Origin: Pontiella sp.
Lineage (GTDB): Bacteria; Verrucomicrobiota; Kiritimatiellia; Kiritimatiellales; Pontiellaceae
NCBI GenBank assembly: GCA_050290185.1
Contig: JBNKHE010000006.1
Location: 1-64,000 of the forward strand
DNA length: 64,000 nt
Direction: 5' to 3'
The notes beneath the pieces were generated by a model. That model did no database searches. It had not been told where the DNA came from and was given only the letters and a program-made list of their open reading frames with translations. Positions 31,198 to 43,025 of this stretch are shown here, one piece after another. How positions within the stretch are numbered: the first letter of the stretch is position 1; every line of letters starts with the position of its first letter. The position numbers and the translations under genes are program-made.

Positions 31198-32008
31198 ACC
31201 GGCAACCATAGCGCAAGATATTGAACAGCAGGTACATGCGACGGCCGATCGGTCGCACCATGTCAACCAGTGGATCATGCACCATGTGACGGATTCCGGT
31301 TTTTGGCACACCCCCTTCAAGAAATTCCACCTGCCGGAATGGATGAGCAACAATGCGTTGATGCTAATGATTTCCGGCCTGTTGCTACTGTTCATTTTCA
31401 CGGTACTTTGCCGCTACAAGGAAGGTCGCGCGCCGAAGGGCTGGACCAACGTGATGGAAGTGCTGGTCAAGTTCGTGCGCGACGACATCTGTATCGCCAA
31501 CCTCGGCGAGAAGGACGGTCGCCGGATGGCCCCCCTCTTCCTGACCTTTTTCTTTTTTATCGCCATGTGCAACCTGATGGGCCTGTGCCCCATGTTTTCC
31601 ACGGCCACAGGCAACATCAACGTCACCTTCGGGCTGGCCATGGTCACGTTTTCCTTCATGGTCTTTGGCGCCCTCTATGTGAACGGCCCCGTCAAGTTTT
31701 TCAAGAGCTTCATTCCATCCGGCGTGCCGTGGCCGGTTTTGATATTGATCGTCCCGCTGGAAATGATCGGGCTGGTGGTCAAGTGCGCGGCACTGACGAT
31801 CCGCCTGTTTGCCAACATGCTGGCCGGCCACATCGTGGTATTCTCGCTGATCGGCCTGATCGTTGCCTTCGGGCTGGCCGCGTTGCCGGCGCTGGTCATG
31901 GCGGTGGCCATCAGCATGATGGAAATCTTCATCGCATTCCTGCAGGCGTATGTGTTCACCCTGCTATCGGCCATGTTTATCGGCCACATGTATCATCCGG
32001 AACACTAG
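31190..32008 (+). CDS. atpB: F1Fo ATP synthase subunit a
   Basis: ATGNINVT, ALTIRLFANMLAGH, FLQAYVFTLLS. Confidence 0.96.
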   Translation: MSEPATIAQDIEQQVHATADRSHHVNQWIMHHVTDSGFWHTPFKKFHLPEWMSNNALMLMISGLLLLFIFTVLCRYKEGRAPKGWTNVMEVLVKFVRDDICIANLGEKDGRRMAPLFLTFFFFIAMCNLMGLCPMFSTATGNINVTFGLAMVTFSFMVFGALYVNGPVKFFKSFIPSGVPWPVLILIVPLEMIGLVVKCAALTIRLFANMLAGHIVVFSLIGLIVAFGLAALPALVMAVAISMMEIFIAFLQAYVFTLLSAMFIGHMYHPEH

Positions 32009-32060
32009 GGCAATTGATTTCGCAAGGAACTGTAAACCAAACAAGACGCAGGAGAATAAA

Positions 32061-32261
32061 ATGAGTATTGCAGCATTAGGAGCAGGATTGGTGACTATCG
32101 GCGCAGGTCTCGGCATCGGTTTGATCGGCGCAGCGGCCATGAACGGCATTGCCCGCCAACCGGAAGCGGCCCCCAAGATCCAGACCGCCATGTTGATTGC
32201 GGCGGCCCTGATTGAAGGGGTGGCCCTGTTTGGCGCGGTCATCTGCTTCCTGGCCAACTAA
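32061..32261 (+). CDS. atpE: F1Fo ATP synthase subunit c
   Basis: GAGLGIG, ARQPE, ALIEGVALF; GGAG SD. Confidence 0.96.
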   Translation: MSIAALGAGLVTIGAGLGIGLIGAAAMNGIARQPEAAPKIQTAMLIAAALIEGVALFGAVICFLAN

Positions 32262-32285
32262 ATCCCACAACGAACGGTATTAACC

Positions 32286-32849
32286 ATGGCTGACACGCAA
32301 CTTCACGCCGAGCCCTCGCACGATCTCACGGCCACCACCCAGGTGCCGCACGACGCGCATGCGGAGGTCGATCCCATGGCGATCTCGGGCCAGATGGTCA
32401 TCTGGACCTGGGTCGTCTTTGCGATCCTGCTGGCCGTGCTCTACAAGGTGGCCTGGAAACCCATCCTGGCCAAGCTCGACGAGCGCGAGAAGGACATCCA
32501 GGACTCCATCGACCACGCCACCCAGCTACGCGAGGAACTGGCGGCCATCGAAGAGGTTCGGGCAAAAACCATCGCGGAAACCGACGAAAAGGCCCGTGCC
32601 ATTCTAGACGTTGCCCGCCGCGGTGCGCAGGAACAGGCCCGCGCCATCGAGGCCAAGGCGCGCGAAGAGGCCCAGATCATGGTGGAGAATGCCAAACGTG
32701 AAATCGATAACAGCCGGGCCAAGGCGGAAGACGCCCTACGCATCGAAAGCGCGGCCTGGGCCCGCGAGCTCGCCGGCCGGTTGCTCGGAGCCAATCTGGA
32801 CGACGAGAAAAACCGGGTGCTGACCGACAAATTCATCCAGGAGCTGTAG
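32286..32849 (+). CDS. atpF: F1Fo ATP synthase subunit b
   Basis: Single TM followed by WKPILAKLDEREKDI and a coiled coil. Confidence 0.93.
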   Translation: MADTQLHAEPSHDLTATTQVPHDAHAEVDPMAISGQMVIWTWVVFAILLAVLYKVAWKPILAKLDEREKDIQDSIDHATQLREELAAIEEVRAKTIAETDEKARAILDVARRGAQEQARAIEAKAREEAQIMVENAKREIDNSRAKAEDALRIESAAWARELAGRLLGANLDDEKNRVLTDKFIQEL

Positions 32850-32857
32850 GAACAACG

Positions 32858-33436
32858 ATGGAGACGCCTTCCGTAGCCAACCGATATGCCCGCACCCTCT
32901 TCGCCTATGCCGTCGAAGAGGACGCGCGGGATGCCGTCCGCGCGGACTGCGGGGCCATCCGGCAGTTGATCGGAAGCTCCCCGGAATTTGCGGCCTTTAT
33001 CGAAAACCCGACCATCCCGGCGGATACCGCCCGGCAGGCGATGGCGACGCTGTTCGAAAAAGAGGCCCACCCGGTGACGCTGCGGTTTCTCGCCTTCCTC
33101 GCTTCGCGCACCCGCCTGTCCCTGCTGGAAACCATCTGCAACGTCTATGAACAGCTGGTCTGCGGGGAGCTCGGCCTTCTCAAGGTGGCAATCACGGCCG
33201 CCCACGAGCTGTCCGACGCCCAACTCGCGGCCATCAAGGAAAAGCTCCACCAGCAGTATGGCAAGACGATCCTGGCGGATGTCGCAGTCGATGCCTCGCT
33301 GATCGGCGGTTTTAAAATCCGGGTGGGCGACCAGATCCGCGATTTCAGCCTGCTCGCAAAACTCGACCTCTTTGAAAAAAGCGTGACCAACGCAAAGCAT
33401 GAACACCCCAAGTATAAGGCAAAATCATGGCGATAG
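32858..33436 (+). CDS. atpH: F1Fo ATP synthase subunit delta
   Basis: [25 protein letters not shown]. Confidence 0.93.
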   Translation: METPSVANRYARTLFAYAVEEDARDAVRADCGAIRQLIGSSPEFAAFIENPTIPADTARQAMATLFEKEAHPVTLRFLAFLASRTRLSLLETICNVYEQLVCGELGLLKVAITAAHELSDAQLAAIKEKLHQQYGKTILADVAVDASLIGGFKIRVGDQIRDFSLLAKLDLFEKSVTNAKHEHPKYKAKSWR

Positions 33437-34941
33437 ATATCAGACCCGATGAAGTGTCATCCATTCTAAAACAGCAGCTGAAAGACTTCACCGGTAGCGT
33501 GACGGCCTACGAGGTTGGCACCGTGCTCAGCGTGGGCGATGGAATCGCCCGCGTACATGGGCTGGCCAACGTCATGGCAGGCGAGCTGGTTGAATTCTCC
33601 AACGGCATGAAGGGCATGGCGCTCAACCTCGAAGAGGACAACGTCGGCGTGGCCATCTTCGGTCCGGACACCGGCATCAAGGAGGGCGACCAGGTCAAGC
33701 GCACCGAAACCATCGCTTCCGTGCCTTCAGGCGACGGCCTGACCGGCCGCGTGGTCGACGCGCTCGGCAACCCGATCGACGGCGGCCCCGCGCTGCATCC
33801 GACGGTGGACCGCCCGATTGAACTCAAGGCCCCCGGAATCATCGACCGCAAGGACGTACATGAGCCCATGCAGACCGGCATCAAGGTGATCGACGCCCTC
33901 ACCCCCATCGGCCGCGGCCAGCGCGAACTGATCATCGGCGACCGCAAGACCGGCAAGACGGCCCTGGCAATCGACACCATCATCAACCAGCGCGGCGAAG
34001 ACGTGCACTGCTTCTATGTGGCCATCGGGCAAAAGCGTTCGACCGTGGTCCAGGTGGCCGAAACCCTGAAGAAGCATGGCGCGATGGAATACACCACCAT
34101 CATTGCCGCCACCGCTTCCGATCCGGCCCCGATGCAGTTCCTCGCCCCCTTCGCCGGCACAGCGATGGCCGAATACTATCGCGACAGCGGCAAACATGCG
34201 TTGATTATCTACGACGACCTGACCAAGCAGGCCCAGGCCTACCGCCAGCTTTCGCTGCTGTTGCGCCGCCCGCCCGGCCGCGAGGCGTATCCCGGCGACG
34301 TATTTTACCTACACTCCCGCCTGCTCGAGCGCTCCGCCAAGATGAGCGACGCCAAGGGGGCCGGAAGCCTGACCGCCCTGCCGATCATCGAAACGCAGGA
34401 CGGCGACGTATCGGCCTACATTCCGACCAATGTAATTTCGATCACCGACGGCCAGATCTTCCTCGAATCGGACCTGTTCAATTCGGGACAGCGCCCGGCG
34501 ATCAACCCCGGCCTGTCGGTATCCCGTGTCGGCGGCGACGCCCAGATCAAGGCCATGAAGCAGACGGCGGGCACGTTGCGCCTCGACCTGGCGCAGTATC
34601 GCGAGCTGGCGGCCTTCTCGCAGTTTGCCTCCGACCTCGATGCCTCCACGCGCAAGCTGCTGGACCGCGGCCAACGCCTGATGGAGGTGATCAAGCAAGG
34701 GGTGCACGTACCACTCGAAGTCGCCAAGCAGATCGTGATCATCTTTGCGGGCACCAACGGCTATCTGGATGACATTCCGGTCGCCACCGTCGGCCGCTTC
34801 GAGCGCGAACTGAACGAAGCCCTCGACTCCCGCTATGCCGACGTGGTCAAACGGATCAAGGAAGAGAAGGCGTTGAGCGACGAGTTGAAAACGGCGATCA
34901 AGGAAACGCTGGAGGAATTCAAGCGTACTTTCGAGGCCTAG
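33427..34941 (+). CDS. atpA: F1Fo ATP synthase subunit alpha
   Basis: [39 protein letters not shown]. Confidence 0.99.
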   Translation: MAIDIRPDEVSSILKQQLKDFTGSVTAYEVGTVLSVGDGIARVHGLANVMAGELVEFSNGMKGMALNLEEDNVGVAIFGPDTGIKEGDQVKRTETIASVPSGDGLTGRVVDALGNPIDGGPALHPTVDRPIELKAPGIIDRKDVHEPMQTGIKVIDALTPIGRGQRELIIGDRKTGKTALAIDTIINQRGEDVHCFYVAIGQKRSTVVQVAETLKKHGAMEYTTIIAATASDPAPMQFLAPFAGTAMAEYYRDSGKHALIIYDDLTKQAQAYRQLSLLLRRPPGREAYPGDVFYLHSRLLERSAKMSDAKGAGSLTALPIIETQDGDVSAYIPTNVISITDGQIFLESDLFNSGQRPAINPGLSVSRVGGDAQIKAMKQTAGTLRLDLAQYRELAAFSQFASDLDASTRKLLDRGQRLMEVIKQGVHVPLEVAKQIVIIFAGTNGYLDDIPVATVGRFERELNEALDSRYADVVKRIKEEKALSDELKTAIKETLEEFKRTFEA

Positions 34942-34959
34942 TTTTATTCGGTAAAAGAT

Positions 34960-35835
34960 ATGGCGAGCATCAAGGAATACAACCGCAAGCTAAGCAGCTT
35001 GAAGAATACGGTGAAGATCACCAAGACCATGAAAATGGTCTCGGCGAGCAAGCTTCGTCGCGCCCAGGAAACAGAAGGCCGCGCCAAGGACTATGCGCAC
35101 CAGGTCAACAACCTGATCTACCGCATTGCCGGCTCGGTCGATCAGGAGATGCATCCCCTGTTGACTCCGCGGGCGCAGGTCCGCCGGGTGCTGTTGCTCG
35201 TCTTTTCCTCGGACAAGGGCTTGTGCGGTGGCTTCAACAACAACCTGATCAAGTTTGTGCGCAACAAGCGCACGGAGCTTGAGGCGGCGGGCAAAGAGGT
35301 TGCTCTCGCCTTCTGCGGACGGCGCGGATACCTCTATTTCGCCAACCGCGCGACGGTACACAAGAACTTCCCCGACGTCACCGCCGCGCCCAACTCACGC
35401 AATGCTTCCGAGATCGCAGACGATCTGATCGCCGCCTTTTCCGATGGGCAGTTCGATGAAGTGCACATGCTCTACAACCACTTCGTCAGCCCGCTTTCGC
35501 AGGTACCGCAGATCGACCAGCTGCTGCCGCTTCCGCTGGTGACCCTGAAGGATCACGATCCGGTGGAGGCGATCAAGGAAGACGATTTTATCGCCGAGCC
35601 CCCTCTGGAGGAACTGCTGCCCCGCCTCGTTCCCATGCTGGTGGTGTTCAAGGTGTTCTACGCCCTGCTGGAAAATTCCGCGGGCGAACACGGCGCGCGC
35701 ATGACCGCCATGGACAACGCCACAACCAACGCCGGCAAGATGATCGACGAATACACGCTGCTGCGCAACCGCGCCCGGCAGGCGGCCATCACCACCGAGC
35801 TGATTGAAATCATTTCCGGCGCCGAGGCGCTATAG
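34960..35835 (+). CDS. atpG: F1Fo ATP synthase subunit gamma
   Basis: KITKTMKMVS, SDKGLCGGFN, ARMTAMDNAT, RQAAITTELIEI. Confidence 0.98.
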   Translation: MASIKEYNRKLSSLKNTVKITKTMKMVSASKLRRAQETEGRAKDYAHQVNNLIYRIAGSVDQEMHPLLTPRAQVRRVLLLVFSSDKGLCGGFNNNLIKFVRNKRTELEAAGKEVALAFCGRRGYLYFANRATVHKNFPDVTAAPNSRNASEIADDLIAAFSDGQFDEVHMLYNHFVSPLSQVPQIDQLLPLPLVTLKDHDPVEAIKEDDFIAEPPLEELLPRLVPMLVVFKVFYALLENSAGEHGARMTAMDNATTNAGKMIDEYTLLRNRARQAAITTELIEIISGAEAL

Positions 35836-35856
35836 CCCTTTTAATTCGATTTTTAG

Positions 35857-37293
<1,437 letters not shown>

Positions 37294-37295
37294 CC

Positions 37296-37595
37296 ATGCC
37301 CTCCTTCCACCTCCATGTTACCACACCCGAAGGCAACATCTGGGACGATGATGCCGAAGCGGTTGTCGCATACGGCGTCGAGGGCTCGATGGGCATCCTC
37401 GCCAACCATGCGCCGATGATCACCGCACTGCAGCCCGGCGTGCTCAAGGTGCAGGGTGCGGACAAGACGCAGTATTATGCCGCCGGCGAAGGGATTCTTG
37501 AAGTGCGCACCGACAAGCAGGTCGTTCTGATCATCGACTATGCCGAAGCCTACGACACCGAGGCCGAGGCCAAGAAGCACCTCGATCCGGAGTAG
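37296..37595 (+). CDS. atpC: F1Fo ATP synthase subunit epsilon (short form)
   Basis: VTTPEG, GSMGILANHAPMITALQPG; 99 aa. Confidence 0.92.
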   Translation: MPSFHLHVTTPEGNIWDDDAEAVVAYGVEGSMGILANHAPMITALQPGVLKVQGADKTQYYAAGEGILEVRTDKQVVLIIDYAEAYDTEAEAKKHLDPE

Positions 37596-37603
37596 GCTTC
37601 GCC

Positions 37604-38449
37604 CTATTTCACGGTCTTGCGAGTTTTCTGCACCAGCGTCTTCCACAACGCTTCCGGATCGTTGGCGGCAGCCAACAGGGCATCGCGCGCCTCCTTTTCG
37701 CGGAAGGTCTGCGACAGGCCGGACAAAAGCTTCAGGTAAAACGCGCTGGTCGCGGTCGGGATCACCATGAAGAAAAAGATCCGGGTGAGCGTACGGCCGG
37801 GACCGCCGAAGTTGATGCCCTTCTTATGGATACCCAGCGCCATGGTCAAACCGCCGCCTTCCACCCCGCGCACATGCGGGAAGGCCAGCCCGCAGTCCAC
37901 CGCCGTGCTCACGATGGCTTCGCGCTGCATGGCGAGGTCGAACAACTGGTCGGCGCTGACGACAAACGATTCCTGCTGCATGCGCTCGCACATTTCCCGC
38001 AGCACCTCTTCCGGCGTTGAGCCGGTCAGCGGCGCAACCATCAGCGACGGCGCCGAGAAGCGGGCAATGCCCATTTTCTGCTTTTCGCCATAGACGCGGC
38101 TGGTGCGTTCGCGGGCGACCACCTCGGAAGGAATGTAGAGGAAGCGGGTGCAGTTGCGGCAACGGTTCAGTTCGTCGGCGCGCAGCACTTCGTTGACCTG
38201 GCTTTTGGGCAGCTGGATGCCGCAGCCGGTGCAGTGGTCGTCGATGATCGGCACGACGGCTTCGGGATGCTTTTGCAGGAGCCGGTTGATATGCGTCTTG
38301 ACCGGTTGGGCGAGATCCGACCCCAACAGGGCGATGCTCTTTTCGAGCGCATCAAGCGGTGCCTTGGAGCGGGCGGCCTTGGTCTGCATGCGGGCCACGA
38401 TGAGTTCCTGCAACTGGATCAACTGGTTGATGGTTTTTCGGTTAGTCAT
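37604..38449 (-). CDS. C4-type zinc-ribbon (zf-RING_7/DUF164-like) protein fused to a PTS EIIA domain
   Basis: AVVPI..HCTGC...LP...RCRNCTRFLY followed by QREAIVSTAVDCGLAFPHVR. Confidence 0.82.
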   Translation of the reverse strand: MTNRKTINQLIQLQELIVARMQTKAARSKAPLDALEKSIALLGSDLAQPVKTHINRLLQKHPEAVVPIIDDHCTGCGIQLPKSQVNEVLRADELNRCRNCTRFLYIPSEVVARERTSRVYGEKQKMGIARFSAPSLMVAPLTGSTPEEVLREMCERMQQESFVVSADQLFDLAMQREAIVSTAVDCGLAFPHVRGVEGGGLTMALGIHKKGINFGGPGRTLTRIFFFMVIPTATSAFYLKLLSGLSQTFREKEARDALLAAANDPEALWKTLVQKTRKTVK

Positions 38450-38451
38450 GG

Positions 38452-40131
38452 TTATCCCTCCTCTACAATTTCCGATTGGTTTTCAATGATCGAACAGGCC
38501 CGAGCCAAGGCTTCGTCGATGCTTGGGCAGAAGTTTTCCGAACCGACAGCCTGAAGAAACCCGGATTGCCTGAAGACGGACATGGGCTGTTTCGTGACAC
38601 CGGAAAAGATCAGCCGCGTCTTCTGTCGCCAGCACTTTTGGTGCAACTCTTCGAGTACGTGCAGGCCGGTGGCATCGATGGTCGGCACGTTGCGGATGCG
38701 GATGATGAGCACGGAAACATTGTGCTCGACCTGATGCAGCGCATTCCAGAAGGTATCGGCCATGCCGAAAAAGAAGGGGCCCTCGACTTCGTAGACCTCG
38801 ACCCCCGGGGGAACGTCTCTGGTGGTAATGGACATCGGATCGAATTCGGGATCCTCGTCGCCCTTCAGATTGTTGGTGATCATGCTGACGTTGGCGATTT
38901 CGGACATACGGCGCATAAAGAGTAGCGACGAGAGCACAATACCGACTTGCACCGCCAAAGTAAGGTCCACGAGAACGGTCAAGCCAAAGGTGAGCAACAA
39001 AACCAGCTGATCGCTACGGGGTCCCTTGAGAATCGAGGCAAAGTGGCGGTGCTCGCTCATGTTGTAGCTTACCACCACGAGGATGCCGGCCAGCGACGCC
39101 AACGGAATTCGGGCCGCAACAGGAGCACAGAGCAACAAAATCAAGAGAAGCACACCGGCGTGGATCATGCCGGCGACCGGCGTCTTCGCACCGCTCTTGA
39201 CATTCGTAGCCGTGCGGGCGATTGCGCCCGTAGCTGGAATACCGCCAAAAAATACCCCGCCGATGTTGGCCAGTCCCTGCGCGATCAGTTCCGTATTCGG
39301 GCGGTGTTTACCGCCGATCATCCCGTCGGCAACCGTAGCAGACATCAGCGATTCAATGGCGGCGAGCAGCGCTACGGTGAAGGCTGCCGATACCAGCCCG
39401 CCCATCTGCCCGATATCAAGCGAAGGCAGGCCGGGCGATGGCAACATACGCGGTAGCTGGCCGAAGCGCCCGCCGATGGTTTCGACATCAAGGTTGAATA
39501 CTGCAACGGCGACTGTGGCCAGCACCATGGCAATCAGCATCCCCGGCAGGCGCGGAGCCAAGTGGTGCAGCAGGGCGATTATAAAAACCGTGCCAAGTCC
39601 GATGGCCGCAGTTGACGCGGAGAAGGATCCAAATGCGTGGAAATAGGCTCCCCACTTCGGGATGAATTCGGCGGGGACTTCGGCCATGCGCAATCCCAGG
39701 AGATCCTTGATCTGCGTGGAAAAGATGACGACAGCAATACCGGAGGTAAAGCCGGTGGTGACCGGGAAGGGAATGAAGCGGATCATGCCGCCGAGCTTGA
39801 AGACCCCGAAGAGAATCAGTATGACGCCGGCCATCAGCGTACACCAGGCGAGGCCGGCATAACCGTATTGCGCGACAATGCCGGAGACGATCACCACAAA
39901 GGCGCCGGTCGGCCCACCGATCTGGACCCGGCTGCCGCCGAGGAAGGCAATCAGAAATCCGGCAACGATGGCAGTGAACAGGCCGCGTTCGGGCGGCAGG
40001 CCGCTGGCGATGGCAAAGGCCATGGCCAGCGGCAGAGCTATGACGCCGACGGTCAGGCCTGCGATGCCGTCGGCGAGTAGCGTCTTAAGATTATAACCCT
40101 TTAGTAGCGTAAAGAGCTTGGGCTTGAACAT
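38452..40131 (-). CDS. SulP/SLC26 anion permease with STAS domain
   Basis: ALPLAMAFAI, QIGGPTGAF, LAAIESL, ATGAIARTATN, GPFFFG, IDATG. Confidence 0.95.
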   Translation of the reverse strand: MFKPKLFTLLKGYNLKTLLADGIAGLTVGVIALPLAMAFAIASGLPPERGLFTAIVAGFLIAFLGGSRVQIGGPTGAFVVIVSGIVAQYGYAGLAWCTLMAGVILILFGVFKLGGMIRFIPFPVTTGFTSGIAVVIFSTQIKDLLGLRMAEVPAEFIPKWGAYFHAFGSFSASTAAIGLGTVFIIALLHHLAPRLPGMLIAMVLATVAVAVFNLDVETIGGRFGQLPRMLPSPGLPSLDIGQMGGLVSAAFTVALLAAIESLMSATVADGMIGGKHRPNTELIAQGLANIGGVFFGGIPATGAIARTATNVKSGAKTPVAGMIHAGVLLLILLLCAPVAARIPLASLAGILVVVSYNMSEHRHFASILKGPRSDQLVLLLTFGLTVLVDLTLAVQVGIVLSSLLFMRRMSEIANVSMITNNLKGDEDPEFDPMSITTRDVPPGVEVYEVEGPFFFGMADTFWNALHQVEHNVSVLIIRIRNVPTIDATGLHVLEELHQKCWRQKTRLIFSGVTKQPMSVFRQSGFLQAVGSENFCPSIDEALARACSIIENQSEIVEEG

Positions 40132-40147
40132 AGTTCTCCTGAGTGCA

Positions 40148-41590
40148 CTACATGAAGAATCTTACGTACAGATAGATGTGGGCCACGACCAGCGAGACGA
40201 GCATGAACGGGAATCCATATTTGGTGAATCCCATGAAGCTGATCTTGCAGTTATTACGATTGGCAATCTGCGAGATCACGACGTTAGCCGACGCACCCAC
40301 CAGCGTTCCGTTTCCGCCCAGACAGGCCCCGAGCGCCAACGCCCAAAGCAAGGGATTGTCAGCGCCCATCGCGAATCCCAGTTCAGGACTGATGCCCCTC
40401 ACCAGCGGAATCATGGCCATCACCAAAGGAATATTATCGAGGATGGCCGAAGCAATCGCGGCGAACCAAAGCAACGTCAACGCGGTTTTCTGCGGGTCTC
40501 CATCGCAAATGGTCAGAATGAATTCTCCCATGGCCTCGAAAACACCATGATGCTCCAAGGCGGCAATCATCATGAACAGGCCGGCAAAGAAGAGAATGGT
40601 GTTCCATTCCACATGCATCAATGCATGGTGAATATCCTTTTTACAAACCAGTACCATAACCATGCTCCCGGCCAGCGCAATAATGCCCGGCTCAATATGC
40701 AGAGCGTGCCCCGCAAAGAATCCGGCAAGCACCAGCCCGAAAACCACGAGCGCTTTCTTCAACACTACGGGTTCCAGAATCGCTTTTTCCGGGCGGGAGG
40801 CTTCAACACGCTTTCGGGTGGCATCGGTCGTCTTGATCGACCTGCGGAATAGCAGGAACATCACGCCCAGCAGGAGCACCATCATAATAAGAACAGGCGG
40901 TCCGAGGTTAACCAGGAAATCATTAAAGGTCAGGTCACTCCCCGAACCAATCAGGATATTCGGAGGGTCACCCACCAGGGTGGAGGTGCCACCGATATTG
41001 GAGAACACCGCTTCCATGATCAGAATCGGCGGCGCCGGCATCTCCAGGAGTTGACAGAGCAGGATCGTAATCGGCGCCATCAGAATGACGGTAGTTACAT
41101 TGTCAAGGAAGGCGGAGAGAACCGCGGTCATCACCATAAAGAAAATGGCAATGACCATGCCGTTGCCTTTTGCGAGACGTGCCAGCTTGATGGCCAGCCA
41201 TTCGAACACGCCGGTGTCGGTAAGCGTGTTAACAATCACCATCATACCGATCAACAAAAACAGTACATTCAGGTCGATGGAACCGAGAGCCCCTTTGGGA
41301 ATGTAATCTGCTTCAGCCGCCGATTGCTGCTCCGCGACGGACACGGTCGATTCCGGATGCTCCACCGTTACATGCTCTGCAACCGGGGTATCATGATCGA
41401 TCATCTGCTCGATGGCAACCGGGGCCGAAGCGTGATGATCCGCCGCCTGCTCTGCGGTATAAGGCACCAGGCCGAGACCAATCATCACAGCAGCGCCAAT
41501 GAGAGAGGCGATGGTTTTGTCGAGCAGTTCCGTGGCAATGAAAAAATAGACCACAAGGAACACGGCAATGGGTAAAATCATATCATGCAT
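40148..41590 (-). CDS. ArsB/NhaD (IT superfamily, P-protein-like) transporter
   Basis: SAFLDNVTT, SNIGGTSTLVGDPPNILIG, DNIP, LGACLGGNGTLVGASANVV. Confidence 0.9.
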   Translation of the reverse strand: MHDMILPIAVFLVVYFFIATELLDKTIASLIGAAVMIGLGLVPYTAEQAADHHASAPVAIEQMIDHDTPVAEHVTVEHPESTVSVAEQQSAAEADYIPKGALGSIDLNVLFLLIGMMVIVNTLTDTGVFEWLAIKLARLAKGNGMVIAIFFMVMTAVLSAFLDNVTTVILMAPITILLCQLLEMPAPPILIMEAVFSNIGGTSTLVGDPPNILIGSGSDLTFNDFLVNLGPPVLIMMVLLLGVMFLLFRRSIKTTDATRKRVEASRPEKAILEPVVLKKALVVFGLVLAGFFAGHALHIEPGIIALAGSMVMVLVCKKDIHHALMHVEWNTILFFAGLFMMIAALEHHGVFEAMGEFILTICDGDPQKTALTLLWFAAIASAILDNIPLVMAMIPLVRGISPELGFAMGADNPLLWALALGACLGGNGTLVGASANVVISQIANRNNCKISFMGFTKYGFPFMLVSLVVAHIYLYVRFFM

Positions 41591-41605
41591 GGGGAAACCT
41601 ATAAA

Positions 41606-42523
41606 TTAGAAGTTGATCACGTTGTCGAGCACGACGCTCTTGTCGATGACGCCGATCCAGCGGCCCTTTTCGTCGACGACATAGAGCTTGGTGAAATTCC
41701 GGATCGCGAGATCGAATACGATTTCCATAATGGTGTAATCCACCGGAACAGTCTTGGCGCTGGATTCCATCATGTCGCGCGCCAAGGTGTTGCGTTCGTC
41801 TTCGAAATATTTTTCAAAGGGATCGAACTCGGCGATGAAGGAGACACTCTTCAGCTTGGAAAAGAAGTCTGGCAGGCCGTAGCGGAAAAGCCGTTCTACG
41901 GTGATTTCACCGAGAATTTCGTGATTTTCATTGATGACGGGAATCGCCATCAGGTTGTTCACGCTCATCGTATGCGTGCATTTCGAGACGGGTTCGTCCT
42001 CGCGAATGCTGAAGCGCGGCGGCCGCATGATGTCGCGAGCTTCGATGACCTTGTCGATCCGTGGATTGTGTTGCTTGACGATATTACGCAGTGCCTCACC
42101 ATCCTGCGCCGAGAACACTCCATCGCGCACGTCGGAATCCATCAGCAAGCGGGAAAGCTGCGCCATCAGCTTGAGCGAGATGGAGGCATCGGAAGCCGGC
42201 ACCAAAAACAGGCAGACGATCTGCACGGGATTCTCCTCGAACATGACCGGTTCGTCGAAGGTCGCGACGGCGACCAGCGCCTGCGAGAGGTGTTCGAGCC
42301 GGGCATGCGGAAAGGCGATTCCCTCGCCGACTGCCGTACTGCGCTGCGATTCACGTTTGACCAATGCGGCGACAATGGTCTCGTGCGTGAGTTCGGGATT
42401 TACTTCGTAGAATTCACCGGAGCACAATGTTTGTACGACTTGCTCCAGAGCCTGGTTGCGGGAACCGGCTTCCAGTTTCGGCTGCCACGATTCCTCGCGG
42501 CGGGTGTAGTTCATTACATTCAT
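41606..42523 (-). CDS. PTS EIIA domain fused to a CBS-domain pair
   Basis: KRESQRSTAVGEGIAFPHARL; ARDIM...IPVIN..EILGEI and ARDMM...LYVVDEKGRWIGVI. Confidence 0.88.
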   Translation of the reverse strand: MNVMNYTRREESWQPKLEAGSRNQALEQVVQTLCSGEFYEVNPELTHETIVAALVKRESQRSTAVGEGIAFPHARLEHLSQALVAVATFDEPVMFEENPVQIVCLFLVPASDASISLKLMAQLSRLLMDSDVRDGVFSAQDGEALRNIVKQHNPRIDKVIEARDIMRPPRFSIREDEPVSKCTHTMSVNNLMAIPVINENHEILGEITVERLFRYGLPDFFSKLKSVSFIAEFDPFEKYFEDERNTLARDMMESSAKTVPVDYTIMEIVFDLAIRNFTKLYVVDEKGRWIGVIDKSVVLDNVINF

Positions 42524-42536
42524 GGATTAGACTCCG

Positions 42537-43022
42537 TTATAGGTTGCTCTCGCCTTTCGCCTGCAGATAGTGGGAAAGTATGTTCTTGGCCTCGAGGGTA
42601 CCGACAATCCGCCCGCCCTCATCCACCACGGCGATCTCACGGATATGGTTCTGTTCCATCAGCTCCAGCACGTTCTTGAGCTGCGTGTCGGCGACCACGG
42701 TCACCGGCGGCTCCGCAAGATCCTGGCCGGTCTGGGCGTTAAGCGCATAGGCAATAGCGGGCAGCATGTCCTCCGCCTCATCCTTCTGCCGGGAAAGTTC
42801 CAGCACTTTCACGGCAATGTGCTTGGCCTGAATGACCCCGGCTAACTCGCCCGCTTCGTTTTCGAGATAGACCTTGTAGCGGTCCGATGAGCAAAGCACG
42901 TTGGCCAGCTTTTCGAGCGGCGTATCGCTCGGCGCCCGCAGGCAGGAAGATTCGATCAGATACGCGAGGTCCTTAACGGTTGTATTTTCCAGATTCTTTT
43001 TCACCCATCCCCTCTCATTCAT
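42537..43022 (-). CDS. Stand-alone CBS-domain pair protein
   Basis: VYLENEAGELAGVI and IAVVDEGGRIVGTL CBS motifs. Confidence 0.82.
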   Translation of the reverse strand: MNERGWVKKNLENTTVKDLAYLIESSCLRAPSDTPLEKLANVLCSSDRYKVYLENEAGELAGVIQAKHIAVKVLELSRQKDEAEDMLPAIAYALNAQTGQDLAEPPVTVVADTQLKNVLELMEQNHIREIAVVDEGGRIVGTLEAKNILSHYLQAKGESNL

Positions 43023-43025
43023 AAA

